Positions 37,922 through 51,035 of a stretch of DNA of 64,000 nt are shown one piece after another. How positions within the stretch are numbered: the stretch's first letter is position 1; each line of letters opens with the position of its first letter. The position numbers and the translations under genes are program-made. Source of the stretch: Phoronis australis (Eukaryota > Animalia > Phoronida); assembly GCA_002633005.1 (NCBI GenBank), contig NMRA01000117.1, positions 835,483-899,482 on the forward strand, in the 5' to 3' direction. A model generated the notes under the pieces. The model did not search any database. It had not been told where the DNA came from and saw only the letters and a program-made list of their open reading frames with translations.

Positions 37922-39187
37922 AAACTAGAAAGATTATTGTCACGGCGTGACAATAACGGACTCTGCGCGTGCGTATTGCTGGAATTATTATGGGAAATTA
38001 CTGACAGCAACCCGTTTACCAATATGAAAAGGAATTCTTTAAAATTGTAGGACAAATTACATATTAACTTTTTGATGACCTTTCCACTAATTGACCTCTT
38101 CCGGTGCATTATGAGCCCCGATGAGGGAGTAATTGTTAAGTCGATTAAAAGTGTGGTTAATGCTAATAATCGCAGATGTTTTATTTTAAGCACTTCAGAA
38201 TACAAGATGAATGAAGTGGTCAAACTTTCAGAAGAAAAATGCACCTAATGACCCCATGGGTGCACCAAATGACCTGAAAATTTAGAATTCATACTCAATC
38301 GCAATTAGTAAACAGATACGTAATTCTGAAGTCTCTAGCTCAAAATTTTAGTTTGCACTCAATGACCTTTGACCTATTTTTTTCTGATTGGTTAGGCCTA
38401 TTGCAAAGTAAAGTAGGGTATTCAATTGGCATGTTGACTTACAGCAGTGTGCTGAAATTGAAAAAAATTCCTTGAAAAAGTTAAGACATATAACATTTTG
38501 AACGTTACATGACTTTTGCACTAATTGACCTTATCCGGTGCATTTTAAGCATCTTTAGGAAAATTATTGCCCATGGAAAATGTGTTTAACGCTGAGAATC
38601 ACAGTTGTCTAACGGTTGAAACATCAGAATACTTGCTGATTGAAAAGGTCAAATTTTCAGAAGAAAAATGCACCTAATGACCCCATGTTTGCACTAAATG
38701 ACCTGAAACTTTGGATTCCGATTTGATTTACTTGTGGCAATCAGACCTGCAATTTGAAGTGTCTAGCTCAACATTTTAGTTTGCACCTAATGACCTTTGA
38801 CCTATTTCACCTGATTGGATGACCCGATCACTTAGAAAAGTAATTTTTTAAATTGTCATGTTGACTTATACATGTGCACCGAATTTGAAAAAGATAGCTT
38901 TAAAACTGAAGGAGGAGTAGCATTTTGAAAATTATATGACCTTTGCACCAAACGACCTCTTCCGGTGCAATATGGAATATGATTATACAACCAATCAAAA
39001 TTTATACTGTCAAAACTCATGTGCTGAATTAAAGACCGTACCTGCACCCAATTTGAAGTTATTAAGCCTCAAAGTTGGTCGGAAGAAGAATAAGAAGAAG
39101 AATAAGAAGAATAAGAAGAATAAAAATAAAATTGAAGATAACCCAGGAACAACAGTACTCTGCGCTTACACGCGCAGAGTAACTAAT
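37922..39187 (+). mobile_element. Helentron-associated non-autonomous element (HINE/DINE-1-like)
   Basis: 5' AACTAGA, hairpin TTATTGTCACG-G-CGTGACAATAA, subTIR ACTCTGCGCGTG, ~430-bp internal tandem repeats, (AAGAAGAAT)n microsatellite, 3' hairpin TACTCTGCG...CGCAGAGTA. Confidence 0.7.
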
Positions 39188-39339
39188 CTCATGTTGACTG
39201 TCGCTACGGTGCATATCAGACACAGGTTTAATGTTTGGCATACTTATACAATAATCTGAAATTACCAGGAAACAACGATAAGTTTTCGCGTACGCACGAC
39301 ATTTAAGCGTTGCTTCTGCGCCACCCAGCTTCTTCTAAT

Positions 39340-39378
39340 ATGACTTACAGGATACTTTTAGTTTTAATTTCTTACACA
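39340..39378 (+). CDS. DSL gene exon 1, signal peptide
   Basis: MTYRILLVLISYT|gtaagt; continues LWGETSTSG in exon 2. Confidence 0.72.
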
Positions 39379-42300
39379 GTAAGTAACATATGACATTCTC
39401 AGACTGTATTTTAGTGAACAATTTTATAAAAATGACTTTAATTAATGAGGAAAAATGGCGGTGTAGAGTAACGAATGTTGGATATACAATCGTGTGTAGA
39501 AATGCATATATTTGTAATTATTATTTATCAAGTTATGGGGCGAAACATCGACAAGCGGGGAGTTCCGTGTCAAGTTTGTCGACTACATCAACCCTGATGA
39601 TCACGAAGCAAATGGAACGTGCTGTGACAGTGGCAGTACAATCTGGTGCAACTGGACACCCTGTGACTACCAATTTAGGATGTGTCTGGATGAACCTGGG
39701 ATGTAAGTTGACACCTATCTGAAATGACATAAAATGAATGTCAAAATCTGCATTAATGCAAAACAAACACCGTCCTTTATTAGGTTCTAACTGGGGTGAA
39801 GATTCTTTGATCTTTCATCCCCATTCAAATTTGGAATACATAAAAGGATATCCATGCTTAGGTAGAAGTCGTGACGTCGTGTTTAACGTGAAAACAAAAG
39901 TCTACAAAATACAAAAAAACGTGCAAAATGCAGGCACTCAAAATTGAACACAATTTTCAATGCGCGTGTCTTTTGCACATGAGGTTGATCTTGTTTCGAA
40001 GGGCTCTTGTCTGAATTATATACACACCTGTGGACATATCATAACGAGGACCGAAACCTATAATATTATGGAATGCGTCATTTCGAAATAATTTTTGATA
40101 GAACAAATTGAAAAAAGTTACACAAAAGACTTCATTATCTTGGAAAAAAGACTGATATTTGTAACGCTATAAAAGCGGATAACCCTGAGCAATAGGCCAA
40201 ACTGGTGACTGCTTCCTAAACGGGGTACACGACGTTGTCGAGTGAACACGTTTTCGCCATTCATATCATGCCAACGTAGTAGTTTCTGGCCCTCCTCTTG
40301 TTTAACCACCGTGCATTTAATGATTGAATCTAGTACTTAGTACCTTCGTAGATCACCGTCGTGTGCCTACGGTCTCGAAACAAAGAATGGTCCCGACAAC
40401 TACAACGACGTACCAGCCGACTGGTTCCGTGACAACCCAAGAATTTTTCAAGGAAAGTTTACTAAGTGGAAGGTAGGATGAATAAAGAACTCTTGACTGT
40501 ATTTGTATAGCACTGCGAATGCATCATCTTAACAATGACGTCAGAATGTTTTTAAACTGTGCCAGCGTATCTCATCGCTGTCGTGTATTCACAGCGTCCT
40601 ATGAATATTACTTTTGTTACAGTAGAGGTTATTAAAACTTATGCTTATTACATCCGTCAGCAGTGTTGGTGAAGGCTGTGACTGTTATCGCTCTTATGTC
40701 TGTATTTTCTTTGAAAAATATTGTTCGCTTGATTTTGATTACTAGACATAATCAAAGAACTTATAAAGCAAAATAACTATTACAACAGATTCTCTTTCAA
40801 CGCGACATAAATTTTCTGTCGATACAATTTATAAAGAAATAATATATTTGGTAGTACATAGCAAAATGGTAGTCGAAATTGAGTGATAAGTGATATTAAA
40901 AATACAAATTCACAAAGGGCTGAGATTTTTTTGTTTGGCGAAACTTCATTTACTGCTGAAAATATATAAAAAATGGCAACCTTTCGTTAACACGAGTGCA
41001 TTCCAAAATTTTGACTAACACTTGAAGTACTCGAATACTAGAAATGAGATTTTCAACTCACTCTGTAGTCATCTAAAGAAAATTTAGATCAAGATTTAAC
41101 TTTGAATATGAAGAAGGCCAATTGTGGCCTATCAGTAGGTTGCTATAGTACCCTGAGATTTTCTTGTAGAAAGGAAAATACAGATTTTGACCCCCCCCTC
41201 CCCCTAGGTTATAAAGAGGCTACTGGTTCTGAAACAAAACCTCTTTTTATCAGGAAAAAGTGGATTTACTGGACTTTACACCACAGAAGACTTCAGAATG
41301 TTCAGTTTAGCGTCTGTTGTCATGTAAAGAAACGTTAGATTTTAGAAATTTAAATGAGTCTTAAATTGCCGTTTATGAATCAAATAATCCGAAAACTTTA
41401 AAAAGAACAGATCAAAATTCTTTAACTAAAAATTATGCGCGCTGCTGGAAATTTGGAATCATAAAATCTCACCAGCCCACAAACCACGAGGATATCAACG
41501 TAATGGTTATCTATGAAAATAAAACGAAACGAAACGATTTTACGATGAAAGTGTTGAAGCCGTGCGTTTTTCGACCAACAGCGTCGATTTCTATTGGGAT
41601 GTTTGTCTTCACCGTTTAGATACGGGACTCAATAATCGGTTCGTCGGCATCAAAAATCAACTTTGTATTTTTTCCTTGTTTTACTTCTTACGGACATCTC
41701 AGAAACATCAAAAAAAGAAATTCTATTCGCACGACAATATATAACGACCTACACTCAGTCCATCGTGGCACAACTATCGCGCGTATCTGAAGGGCTGAAG
41801 GCTTGAATCCCAGCCGCGCTGTTTTTTCTCTCGTCAGTATTAGGGACGGTGCTCTTTTAGCGCAGCTCCAATTAAAGTTGACCTGAATCCTTGTTTTCAC
41901 CATTTTGATTGGTTTTGAATTATTTGGGACTGAAACTAGACAAGATGTTACTAGTTTTCAAACACGGCTATAGTTAATGATGAAGAATTTTATGAGAGCG
42001 ATTATATGAGAGTAGAAAGATCCTAATTAAAATTCGATTTTCGTTTCTTAGCCAGATTTAAATGACAAACTAAATTTTGAAAAAGTAGGCAGTCTTTAGA
42101 CTACTGACGACTTTTCATGTGATACCAAATAAGTTTTCTGCTACATGATACCTTGCGATATATTATAACAATTACATCGCACATCTAAAAAAACAAACAA
42201 AAACTAGCAGCTGAGCCATTTGAAGTGATGTCTGAGTTTTCTTATACAGGAGTTCCCGCAGTGAAATATGTCCGAAAACTTGGCTCTAGCAACTGTAATG

Positions 42301-45300
42301 AAAAAATATAGTGATAAAAATCGCTGCAATTTATCTTTTATTCAGGGTGATTAAATTCACTGATCCTGGGTTATTATTACATGTACTTGAGGTGGCGCCA
42401 TTGCTACGGTCACTGGCCAAGCAGTGCCCCCTGTCAGTAGGAATTCAGTAAATGTGAAGTTGTCATTACAGATTGGAGTGAGAATGCAGCTGAGAGTAAA
42501 TGACCGAGATGACAATGGAGATGATTTAGTGGACAACTTTGACTACACTCACACCGATCGTCCTGCTCCTAGTGAGCGTCAGGCGAAGTGGAGTTCGACG
42601 GTGAAGCTGGTGGGAAGGGAATCAGGGTCCAGAACTCAGTAATTGCATTTAAAATATTATTGAATTAGATACATTCCACTGGCAAGTGAAAGTACCTTAA
42701 TTAAACTCAGACTGTTCTTTTGTTCAAATTTATACTTGAAATCAAAGTACTCTTAACTGAAATCTAAGTCTTGGTGCTGATTCATACACTTGCGGGATCA
42801 CTTAAAGCTGCTGTCAACCGCTTTCCGTTGAAGAAAATGACTCTTGATGTAGACCTCTTAGCGCTATAAAGCTGGCCTCAATTTGTTCCTTACGCAGTTG
42901 AGAAGCAAGTATGTACTTTGTTCAAAATCGTACGATTCGTTGTTTCTCGAGAACAATCTTGTCAAAGAATAAAATGACACCCCGGGACAAGTCAGTGTTT
43001 AGTACATTCAAGCAATAACGAACAGACACTGGCTTCTGTCCTAGCCTCTTTAACTAAAGAACAATTTGAGACCAAATTCATAGTACGTGGTTTAAATAAA
43101 AATGTTAATTACCGAAAGTCGGTTTATTGTAGCTTTAATTAATGCTTTCGAGTAAAATCAAAACGTGTTTTAATAGTCTGTTTTAGATTAGTTGTTCACA
43201 AACGGATAGTATTTTAAGGTGCCTGTACGAAGTCTAGTCTATTGAAATGCTGCCCTCGCCAACTCTCATAAAACTTTTGAAATTTTATAGTAAATCGGCT
43301 TTTTCAGAGTTCGTAAGTGTTAAGTACTAATTAATGCTACGGTGATAGCAGTAACAGCAATATATGCAGGGAAAATATTGTGAATGATAATACATCCATT
43401 TACAAGACCAGACACAAATCTCATGTTGACATTTTTCGTAAAAGTCAAATATCAGAGGGTGGTCGCCCCTTTTAGTTCCTGTTTCGATCTATCGATCAGT
43501 AGACCTTTATATAGTGTTACAGCAACTATACCTGGTAGGGACTCTAAACTCTGCACACGCGCAGAATAACCCATAACCAAACTCCATAACCGGGTACCAA
43601 ACTCCGTACGCAGACCTGGTTCCGGGTGACGAATTTTCTGACGGTGCGTTCTGTAGAAAAAAGAAAATTACATAAAAGGAACATCACACATTGAAAGACG
43701 AATGTTTTAGGAGTATACTCGGAAGCTTACTACTGTACCCTAGCAAAACTATGGGACTTGGTCAGTGAGGTTGGAAAATCGAGGTAGATTCACTGTTTTC
43801 GTTCCACAAGTGAAGATTTCTCATTCAAGTGTGTCGTGAGCCAGTGTCTTGGGCCTTCGGAACGCTGCTGTGGTCCCCGGGTATGGAGCTTTGTCAACTT
43901 ACCTGGTATGGAGTATTTTCTGGACGTGTGGAGTTAAAGTGTGGAATTTGTATCGTTTTGTGTTTCGCTGGTCCGGGGCTGCGGTTTAGAGGGATCGTAG
44001 CTGGACTGAGTTGCAGTCATCATCACCTCTTCGAAAGACAAGTTCCCAGCAGGAACTTTGTTATTACGAGACCTATTTGTTTGAAAAGAACAACCGACAC
44101 CCGTAACTCAACTGTATATTTTATGTTGAACAGGTTACGCGTGCAGTTCCTGATGTTCTGTGACCCTGACTATTACGGTACAGACTGTGGTACATTCTGT
44201 AAGGCGAGAGATGACAGCCAGGGGCACTACACGTGTGACGCCAAGACTGGAAATAAAATATGTCGAACAGGTTCGCATGGATATACATGGAGATAACTTA
44301 AAAATCTACTCTCTAGTTTACGACGTTTGACTGGCATAATATATGCTCATGTGGGTCTTAGAGGGCTCACGAAGCTATTCCTTGAGAGTTAACTGACAGA
44401 TAGGTTGTATTTTTTTCGCTGCTCAGTTTCTAATCACACGAATTCTGTTACTTGATTGACTTTAGTCACTCAATTAAACAAACGTATCAGTGAGAGACAC
44501 ATTCCCTTACCGTCTGCGTTGCAAATTACTATTAATTGACCTTTAAAAAGGTCAGTAACGCGCTTTCTTTCCTCCTGGTCAAAAGAGAGTTCTATCACTG
44601 GGTACAATCCGGGACTGGCTTTTTGTTTTATTTACACGAGCTCTGTCAGCCGCAATTAATGCTACGTTGATTATGTACAGGACTACGTTACGTAGACACC
44701 TTGCAAAAAACAAGCTCATGCAAGATTACGCAAAACCATGCGAGTAAAGGGTAAGCGTTTCGTATGTTTGGGGCCTTAATTCACGTAGCGTGTCCTACCA
44801 AAATGACGGCCTATGAAGTGATTGGTCGGCAAAGTGCACACTAAATTATGGGACAGAATTCATTGCTGTTTCAATATATTCCAAAACCAAAGATTTCTAG
44901 TTTCTAGTGCTTCCCGGGTGCTTATTGTGCCTACGAAACGCAGCACGGATCTGAACAATGTACAGCATTAGAGTCCTGTGAATACCGGCTCCAGGACAAT
45001 TACGTATTAGACTTCGCATCGATTGTCGTGCGCGAATGTCGTACACGACAAACCGGAGTGTGTGTACTGACAGGTATTCTGGCACGAACATTCGAGCTTC
45101 TAGTAAAAAGGTATACTGACCAAAGTGTTACCTGACAATCGGAGTGTGTAGACACAGGCTTCTTTTAAAAAAACCACTGAGTTTTATTTTGATCTAAGTC
45201 ACTTACTCACGCGCGCACCCAGGGGGGGAGGGGGAAGGGGGACTCGAGAATAGGACAAAAAGGTCCGCCTCCGAGAAGCAAAAAGTCCGAGAAAAGGCGA

Positions 45301-48300
45301 CACAAGTCCACTAAAAAGTGCAGCGCACAGTTCACACTCCTGAAGGTGGTGCCCCGTTTTTTATTTTTTTATTCCTCCCGCTTTTTTGTCACCAAAGGTT
45401 CCACATCGTCAGAAATTCGAGCCCCGCATATTAAAAGCTGGGTGCGCGCATGTTATTGGTATGAAATTAGTAGCATTTTGCTCTTTCCTGGGGGATTACA
45501 AAGCACTTCTAGAGTTGACACCTAACAATTCGTTACTGCTTCAGACCAGGCGTGCGTTCAGTAACCCTAGGACTTACGACTTAGCTAAAATCCAGCCAAA
45601 GTCACGTGTGCTTTTTAACATACACCGCAATATCTCACTTAATCTCGTGAAGTCTTGTTTTTTAGCCATGTCCTAGCGTTACTGAACGCGAGAAACGTCT
45701 ACTAAGTTTCTTGTCACGGCGGGTTAGTTTAAGTTGCTAATTTGGTACGGCCATCCGAGGAATTTATTGTAACCAATGAGACTGACACGCCGCTATACCT
45801 GCAGAAGTGACTTAAGACAGAAATATAGTCTTACGCTCCATAGAAATATTTCAGAAAGATATCTAAATCTCACATGACCCAAAGTGCAAAGTAGCTTAGA
45901 ATATGCACCTAACTGCTAGTTACTGAGATAATTTCTAAAAATTATTTTAGGTTGTAATGTGCTAACAACTATATGGCTAAATCTTATTAAGTAGCCAAGT
46001 GGGAACGTAAGACCAATGAGTGTATACACTCCTCCAGATCAAATTTCTATGTCAAAGTTTAGCCTAAGTCAGATACAAGAAACAGACTCCTGGCTTACTA
46101 AGTTCCGGGTGTGGTGTGCGCCTGGTTTTAGTCGCCAGTGCAGTACGGCCGTTCGGGGATTTGTTGTAACTTAATTCAATTCAAATCAAACACCCACTGT
46201 GATTCAAACAAAAGAATAGGAATGTGGCCCAGACGTTGCTTTGGACGTATAATACGCTTAAAGCCTAACTTCAAAGGAATTTTGTTATTTTAGGTCTATT
46301 GGACTAAACAGCTATTCCTAGCATAGCCTCAGCAAAATACGAAAACATGAGTTTAATCACTCAAATCGTAGGCCCGTCACTGACTGAAACAATAGTTGCA
46401 TTTCGGTGCAATATTGTGTCACCGCGAGATACCAGCACAAACAAAAAAATACAAGCGGGTGTTATTCGCAGCTGTTTGAATTAAAAGGTGATTCTTGCGG
46501 TGACGTAGACAAAACCAAATCAATACGCCTAACAGTTCAGTACATTTGGCAATTTATGGCACTGGTGTGCTCTGAGCAATGCTCTTAACATACTGTAGAA
46601 ACCAAATTTAAAGGTGTCATCGTTCAAGATAGGATTTAAGTTGGTCTAGTTGCATAAAAGTTAGGCGCCGTATAGCAACAATGACGTCGCATTATCACGC
46701 ATCACGTTGTTATTGTTGAACAATGCACATGACGTCATGCAACAATCAAACTTATCCAGTGGATAACTTTGGAAGCTTTATGCTACTCAGCCCTGACTCA
46801 CACAAGACTTACAGCGGCTGAAATAATACAACTTGTTCTCGATCACATTTGATTCGTTTACCAAAATGTGTGGGAATTGACCAAGAACTTTTCATGCAAC
46901 CTGTTGCAACAAAACGTTATTTAAAAAAAAAAACACGAGAAATCGTTGCATATAATGTATACCATTTACTACAATGCAAAACAGTTTAATTTTTAAGGTT
47001 TAAACAACTGATTCATGTGTTTGGATATTCAAGCGACAATGAGTATATGGTAATGCAGCATACTGTAGAAACAATGGATATTTTATTCATCAACAAGCCC
47101 CAGAGCATTGTATAGAAGCGGTTGGTACACGGTAAATGTAAAATTAATTAGATATTAATATTTTAGATATTTTTATCATCCTTAGGTTGGATTGGTAAAG
47201 AATGCAATGAGTACGACAATTGTCTAAGCACACCTTGCAAAAATGGCGCCAAATGTCAAGACGGAACAAACACATATTCGTGTATTTGTCCATCGGGATT
47301 CACAGGTAAACAATGTCAAGACGTTGACGAATGTGCCAGTAACCCATGTAGAAATGGCGCATCGTGTCAAGATCTCGTCAATGGTTACAAGTGTAATTGT
47401 ACACAAGGGTACACTGGCGCAACTTGTTCAACTGATATCAACGAATGTATCAGCAACCCATGCATAAATGGAGCGACTTGTCAAGACCTTGTTAATGGGT
47501 ACAAGTGTAATTGTACACAATGGTACACTGGTGTAAACTGTGAAACTAACATTAATGAATGTCATAGTTCCCCATGCAATAACAACGGTACATGTGTGGA
47601 TAACGTCAACGGGTACACTTGTAATTGTAAAGACGGTCATAGCGGTGCAAATTGTGAAACTAACATCGATGAATGTCAAAGTTCCCCATGCAATAACAAC
47701 GGTACATGTGTGGATAGAGTCAATGGATACTCCTGTCAATGTAAAGATGGTTATATCGGTGTTAACTGTGAAACTAACATCGATGAATGTCATAGTTCCC
47801 CATGCAATAACAACGGTACATGTGTAGATAACATCAATGGATACACTTGTAGATGTAAAGACGGTTATAGTGGTGTTAACTGTGAAACTAATATCAATGA
47901 ATGTCATAGTTCCCCATGCAATAACAACGGTACATGTTTGGACGACGTCAACGGGTACACTTGTAATTGTAAAGACGGTTATATAGGTGTAAACTGTGAA
48001 ACTAATATCGATGAATGTCATAGTTCCCCATGCAATAACAATGGTACATGTGTTGATAACATCAATGGGTACATCTGTAAATGTCAAGACGGTTATAGTA
48101 GTGTAAATTGTGAAACTAACATCGATGGATGTCATAGTTCCCCATGCAATAACAACGGTACATGTGTAGATAACATCAATGGATACATCTGTCAATGTAA
48201 AGACGGTTATAGTGGTGTTAACTGTGAAACTAATATCGATGAATGTCATAGTTCCCCATGCAATAACAACGGTACATGTGTAGATAACATCAATGGATAC

Positions 48301-50403
48301 ATCTGTCAATGTCAAGGCGGTTATAGTGGTGTAAACTGTGAAACTAACATTGATCATTGCGTGGGTAGCACGTGTCATAATGATGGAACATGTGTAGATT
48401 TGGTGGATGGATTTAAATGTGATTGTCTGCCTGGATATTCAGGTAGATATTGTGAAACTAATATCGACGACTGTAAGCCAGACACCTGCAAAAACAACGG
48501 AACTTGCGAAGACTTGGCGAACGGTTTCAAGTGCGTTTGCAGGCCGGGGTATACTGGGGGCAAATGTGAGGTTAATGTGAATGAATGTGAATCTTCACCC
48601 TGTCTGAATGGTGCCACGTGCCATGATGGAGTCAACAGTTATTTCTGTGAATGTCTCCAAGGTTACATAGGGAATGATTGTTCTTTTATTGGAACACCAT
48701 GTTCAAACAATTCATGCCAAAATGGCGGAACGTGTGTTGTGGACGGCAATGGATACATGTGCTCATGTCGGATAGGGTATTATGGGAAATTCTGTGAAAA
48801 GGAACTCGAAAAGTGCAATGGATTTCAATGTAGAAATGGTGGCACATGTTATCGATATATGCGATGGCATATGTGTTCGTGTCCCCATGGCTTTGAAGGG
48901 TTTGCTTGTGAAAAAAAAGTTCGGCCATGCGAGTTGAATAAAGATGTGTGTAAAAATGGTGGAGTGTGTTCGGATGAAAGTGGTGTTGTACAGTGCACGT
49001 GTGGTCGTGGTTACAGTGGCCAGTATTGCCAGGTGGAAATAAACGAGTGCGCAAGCTCACCTTGTCAACATAGTGGCAGATGTGTTGATATTGTGAACGG
49101 ATATAGATGTCACTGCATGTCGGGATACACTGGAGTGGTTTGTGAAACGAATGTAGATGAATGTGCAAGCTCACCGTGTGTGAATGGAACATGTCTGGAT
49201 AGGATTGATGCTTACACCTGTCAGTGTGCGCTAGGGTTTATGGGAGTCAACTGTCAGCAGGAAATTGATGATTGCAAAAGCAATCCATGTAAAAATGGTG
49301 GGTCGTGTATAGATGCGGTGAACGGGTACGGCTGTTCGTGTTCTTCAGGGTTTACTGGAAGCCAATGTGAGACGGAAGTGAATGAATGTGAAAGCAACCC
49401 TTGTTTGACTGGGAAATGCCTAGACCGAGTGAATGGTTTCTCTTGTGCATGTCCAAGAGGATTTAAAGGAAAGGTCTGTGCTGAGAGGAGGTACGGATGC
49501 GAGGAACATACGTGTGCCAGTGGCTCATCTTGTCTAGATGTGGCAGATGGCAAATACGTTTGCGCATGTCCTTCTGGTTATACTGGACCGTTTTGCAATT
49601 GGGAAATAAATGAATGTCAGAGCTCCCCTTGTAGAAATGGCGGAGTCTGTACCGACCTCTTCAATGAATACAACTGTACGTGTGCTGCAGGTTTCACAGG
49701 AAAGAATTGTGAATGTGAAGTTAACGAATGTGAGTCATCACCTTGCAGACATGGCGGTATCTGTATGAATAAAGTAAATGGATTTGAGTGCAAATGCCAC
49801 AAGGGATACTTTGGCAATGTGTGCCAGTACAAAGAAGATTTTTGCAAATCGTCTCCTTGTCTACACGGCGCATGCCACGATCTAAAATTTGGTTATACTT
49901 GTACGTGTTTGCAAGGGTTTTTTGGTGTGAACTGTGAACAAAAGGAAGATGTCTGTGTTAGTGCACCATGCAAGAACAATGGCACTTGTATGAATGGTAA
50001 CGAAACGTTTAAATGCGTCTGTCAGCCTGGATTTACAGGACAAGTGTGTGAAACTGAAATAAACGAATGCTCGAGTTCGCCTTGTTCGCACGGTGTGTGC
50101 ATTGATCTTGTGAGCGGATGGACTTGCAGTTGTTATCAGGGGTTCACCGGGAGACGCTGCGAGGTAGATATGGATGACTGCGAAAAACAGCCTTGTAAAA
50201 ATGGGGCCACCTGCATTGATAAGATAGCACAGTTTGAGTGTGTTTGTCTAAAGGATTATGAGGGTAGACTTTGTGAGAATAGGGTTGACGAATGTGCCCT
50301 TTCGCCATGTAAACATGGTGGGACGTGTAACCTTGGCGTCAGTGGATTCAAGTGTTTTTGTCCGCCTGGATACAGTGGCGCCCTCTGTGAAATCACTGTG
50401 TAG
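39340..50403 (+). CDS. Delta/Serrate-like (DSL family) protein: signal peptide, MNNL, DSL, 28 EGF repeats, no TM; exons 39340-39378, 39533-39702, 40352-40472, 42472-42638, 44134-44270, 47186-50403; 1283 aa
   Basis: All six exons have GT-AG ends and sum to 3852 nt in one frame; MNNL motifs SGEFRVKFVDYINP..ANGTCCD..CDYQFRMCL and CAYG..NPRIF..W; DSL CDPDYYGTDCGTFCKARDDSQGHYTCDAKTGNKICRTGWIGKEC. Confidence 0.88.
39533..39702 (+). CDS. DSL gene exon 2, MNNL N-part
   Basis: SGEFRVKFVDYINPDDHEANGTCCDSGSTIWCNWTPCDYQFRMCLDEPG. Confidence 0.88.
40352..40472 (+). CDS. DSL gene exon 3, MNNL
   Basis: SPSCAYGLETKNGPDNYNDVPADWFRDNPRIFQGKFTKWK. Confidence 0.85.
42472..42638 (+). CDS. DSL gene exon 4, MNNL/C2 C-part
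   Basis: IGVRMQLRVNDRDDNGDDLVDNFDYTHTDRPAPSERQAKWSSTVKLVGRESGSRT. Confidence 0.85.
42806..43134. mobile_element. Kolobok-like MITE
   Basis: TTAA|AGCTGC...GTAGCT|TTAA; subterminal inverted motif tggcctcaatttgttc / gaacaatttgagacca. Confidence 0.5.
44134..44270 (+). CDS. DSL gene exon 5, DSL domain
   Basis: LRVQFLMFCDPDYYGTDCGTFCKARDDSQGHYTCDAKTGNKICRT. Confidence 0.92.
45208..45452. mobile_element. MITE with 15-bp TIR
   Basis: CACGCGCGCACCCAG / CTGGGTGCGCGCATG; near-TSD ttact/ttatt. Confidence 0.6.
47186..50403 (+). CDS. DSL gene exon 6: end of DSL plus 28 tandem EGF/cbEGF repeats in one 3.2-kb exon
   Basis: ccttag|GTTGGATT; frame open from 47188 into the 935-aa ORF 47596-50403; repeats of (N/D)EC.S.PC.N.GTC.D..NGY.C.C..GY.G..CE. 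Confidence 0.93.
47540..48350 (+). repeat. Seven near-identical 114-bp coding tandem repeats (EGF 4-10)
   Basis: Recurring gaatgtcatagttccccatgcaataacaacggtacatgtg at 114-nt period. Confidence 0.9.
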
Positions 50404-51035
50404 TCACTAGTGATGGACCTTTACCCGAGAGGCCAACGGATACCCCAGATGCCCACCGTAAATATGTTGGCAATGTAAGATTACAGTTATCGTCTGTAAA
50501 CTGGTGATTTAGTTGTGAAATGGTTTCATCGATTCTATATAACTTAATGAATACTTAAAATCACCATATGAAATAAGTGGTCTCCAAGGTGTTCTATCTT
50601 GAAAGAACTATTTAACGTCAGTCCTATAAAAGATTATGGAATTGTGTCTTTAAAAATCTATAAATATATCTTTTCAGTGTTCCTTCAGTTATTTTTTTCA
50701 ATTGTCATGCACAAAAAAGTTGTTTCACAGATGATTTTATACCATTATTGGACTTTCAAATCATCCACGCCCTTGAAGACTCTCCATGCAGTTAGAAAGG
50801 TAATATTAACGGAACAAATATCTAGACTCTTTGAAAATCAAAACTCATCACCAAACAAGATCATATGTATATCAAACATTTTCAGTTCCTTTATTTTAAG
50901 GATGTGTTGAACTCTACATAAAATTGACCAAATTTGCCTAACTTCTTAACATCATAATCGTACCTCAGACACGGAAGGTCAGATTCATATGAAACTATCA
51001 GATAGTATGCTTTCTGCACTGTTTTCCAAAAAATA

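Noticed and set aside
47428-48378. 316-aa minus-strand ORF
   Set aside because: Antisense shadow of the repetitive EGF exon
47186-50403. Calling the EGF array Notch receptor or fibropellin
   Set aside because: No LNR, TM, ankyrin, CUB or avidin domains, and it splices in frame to upstream MNNL/DSL exons
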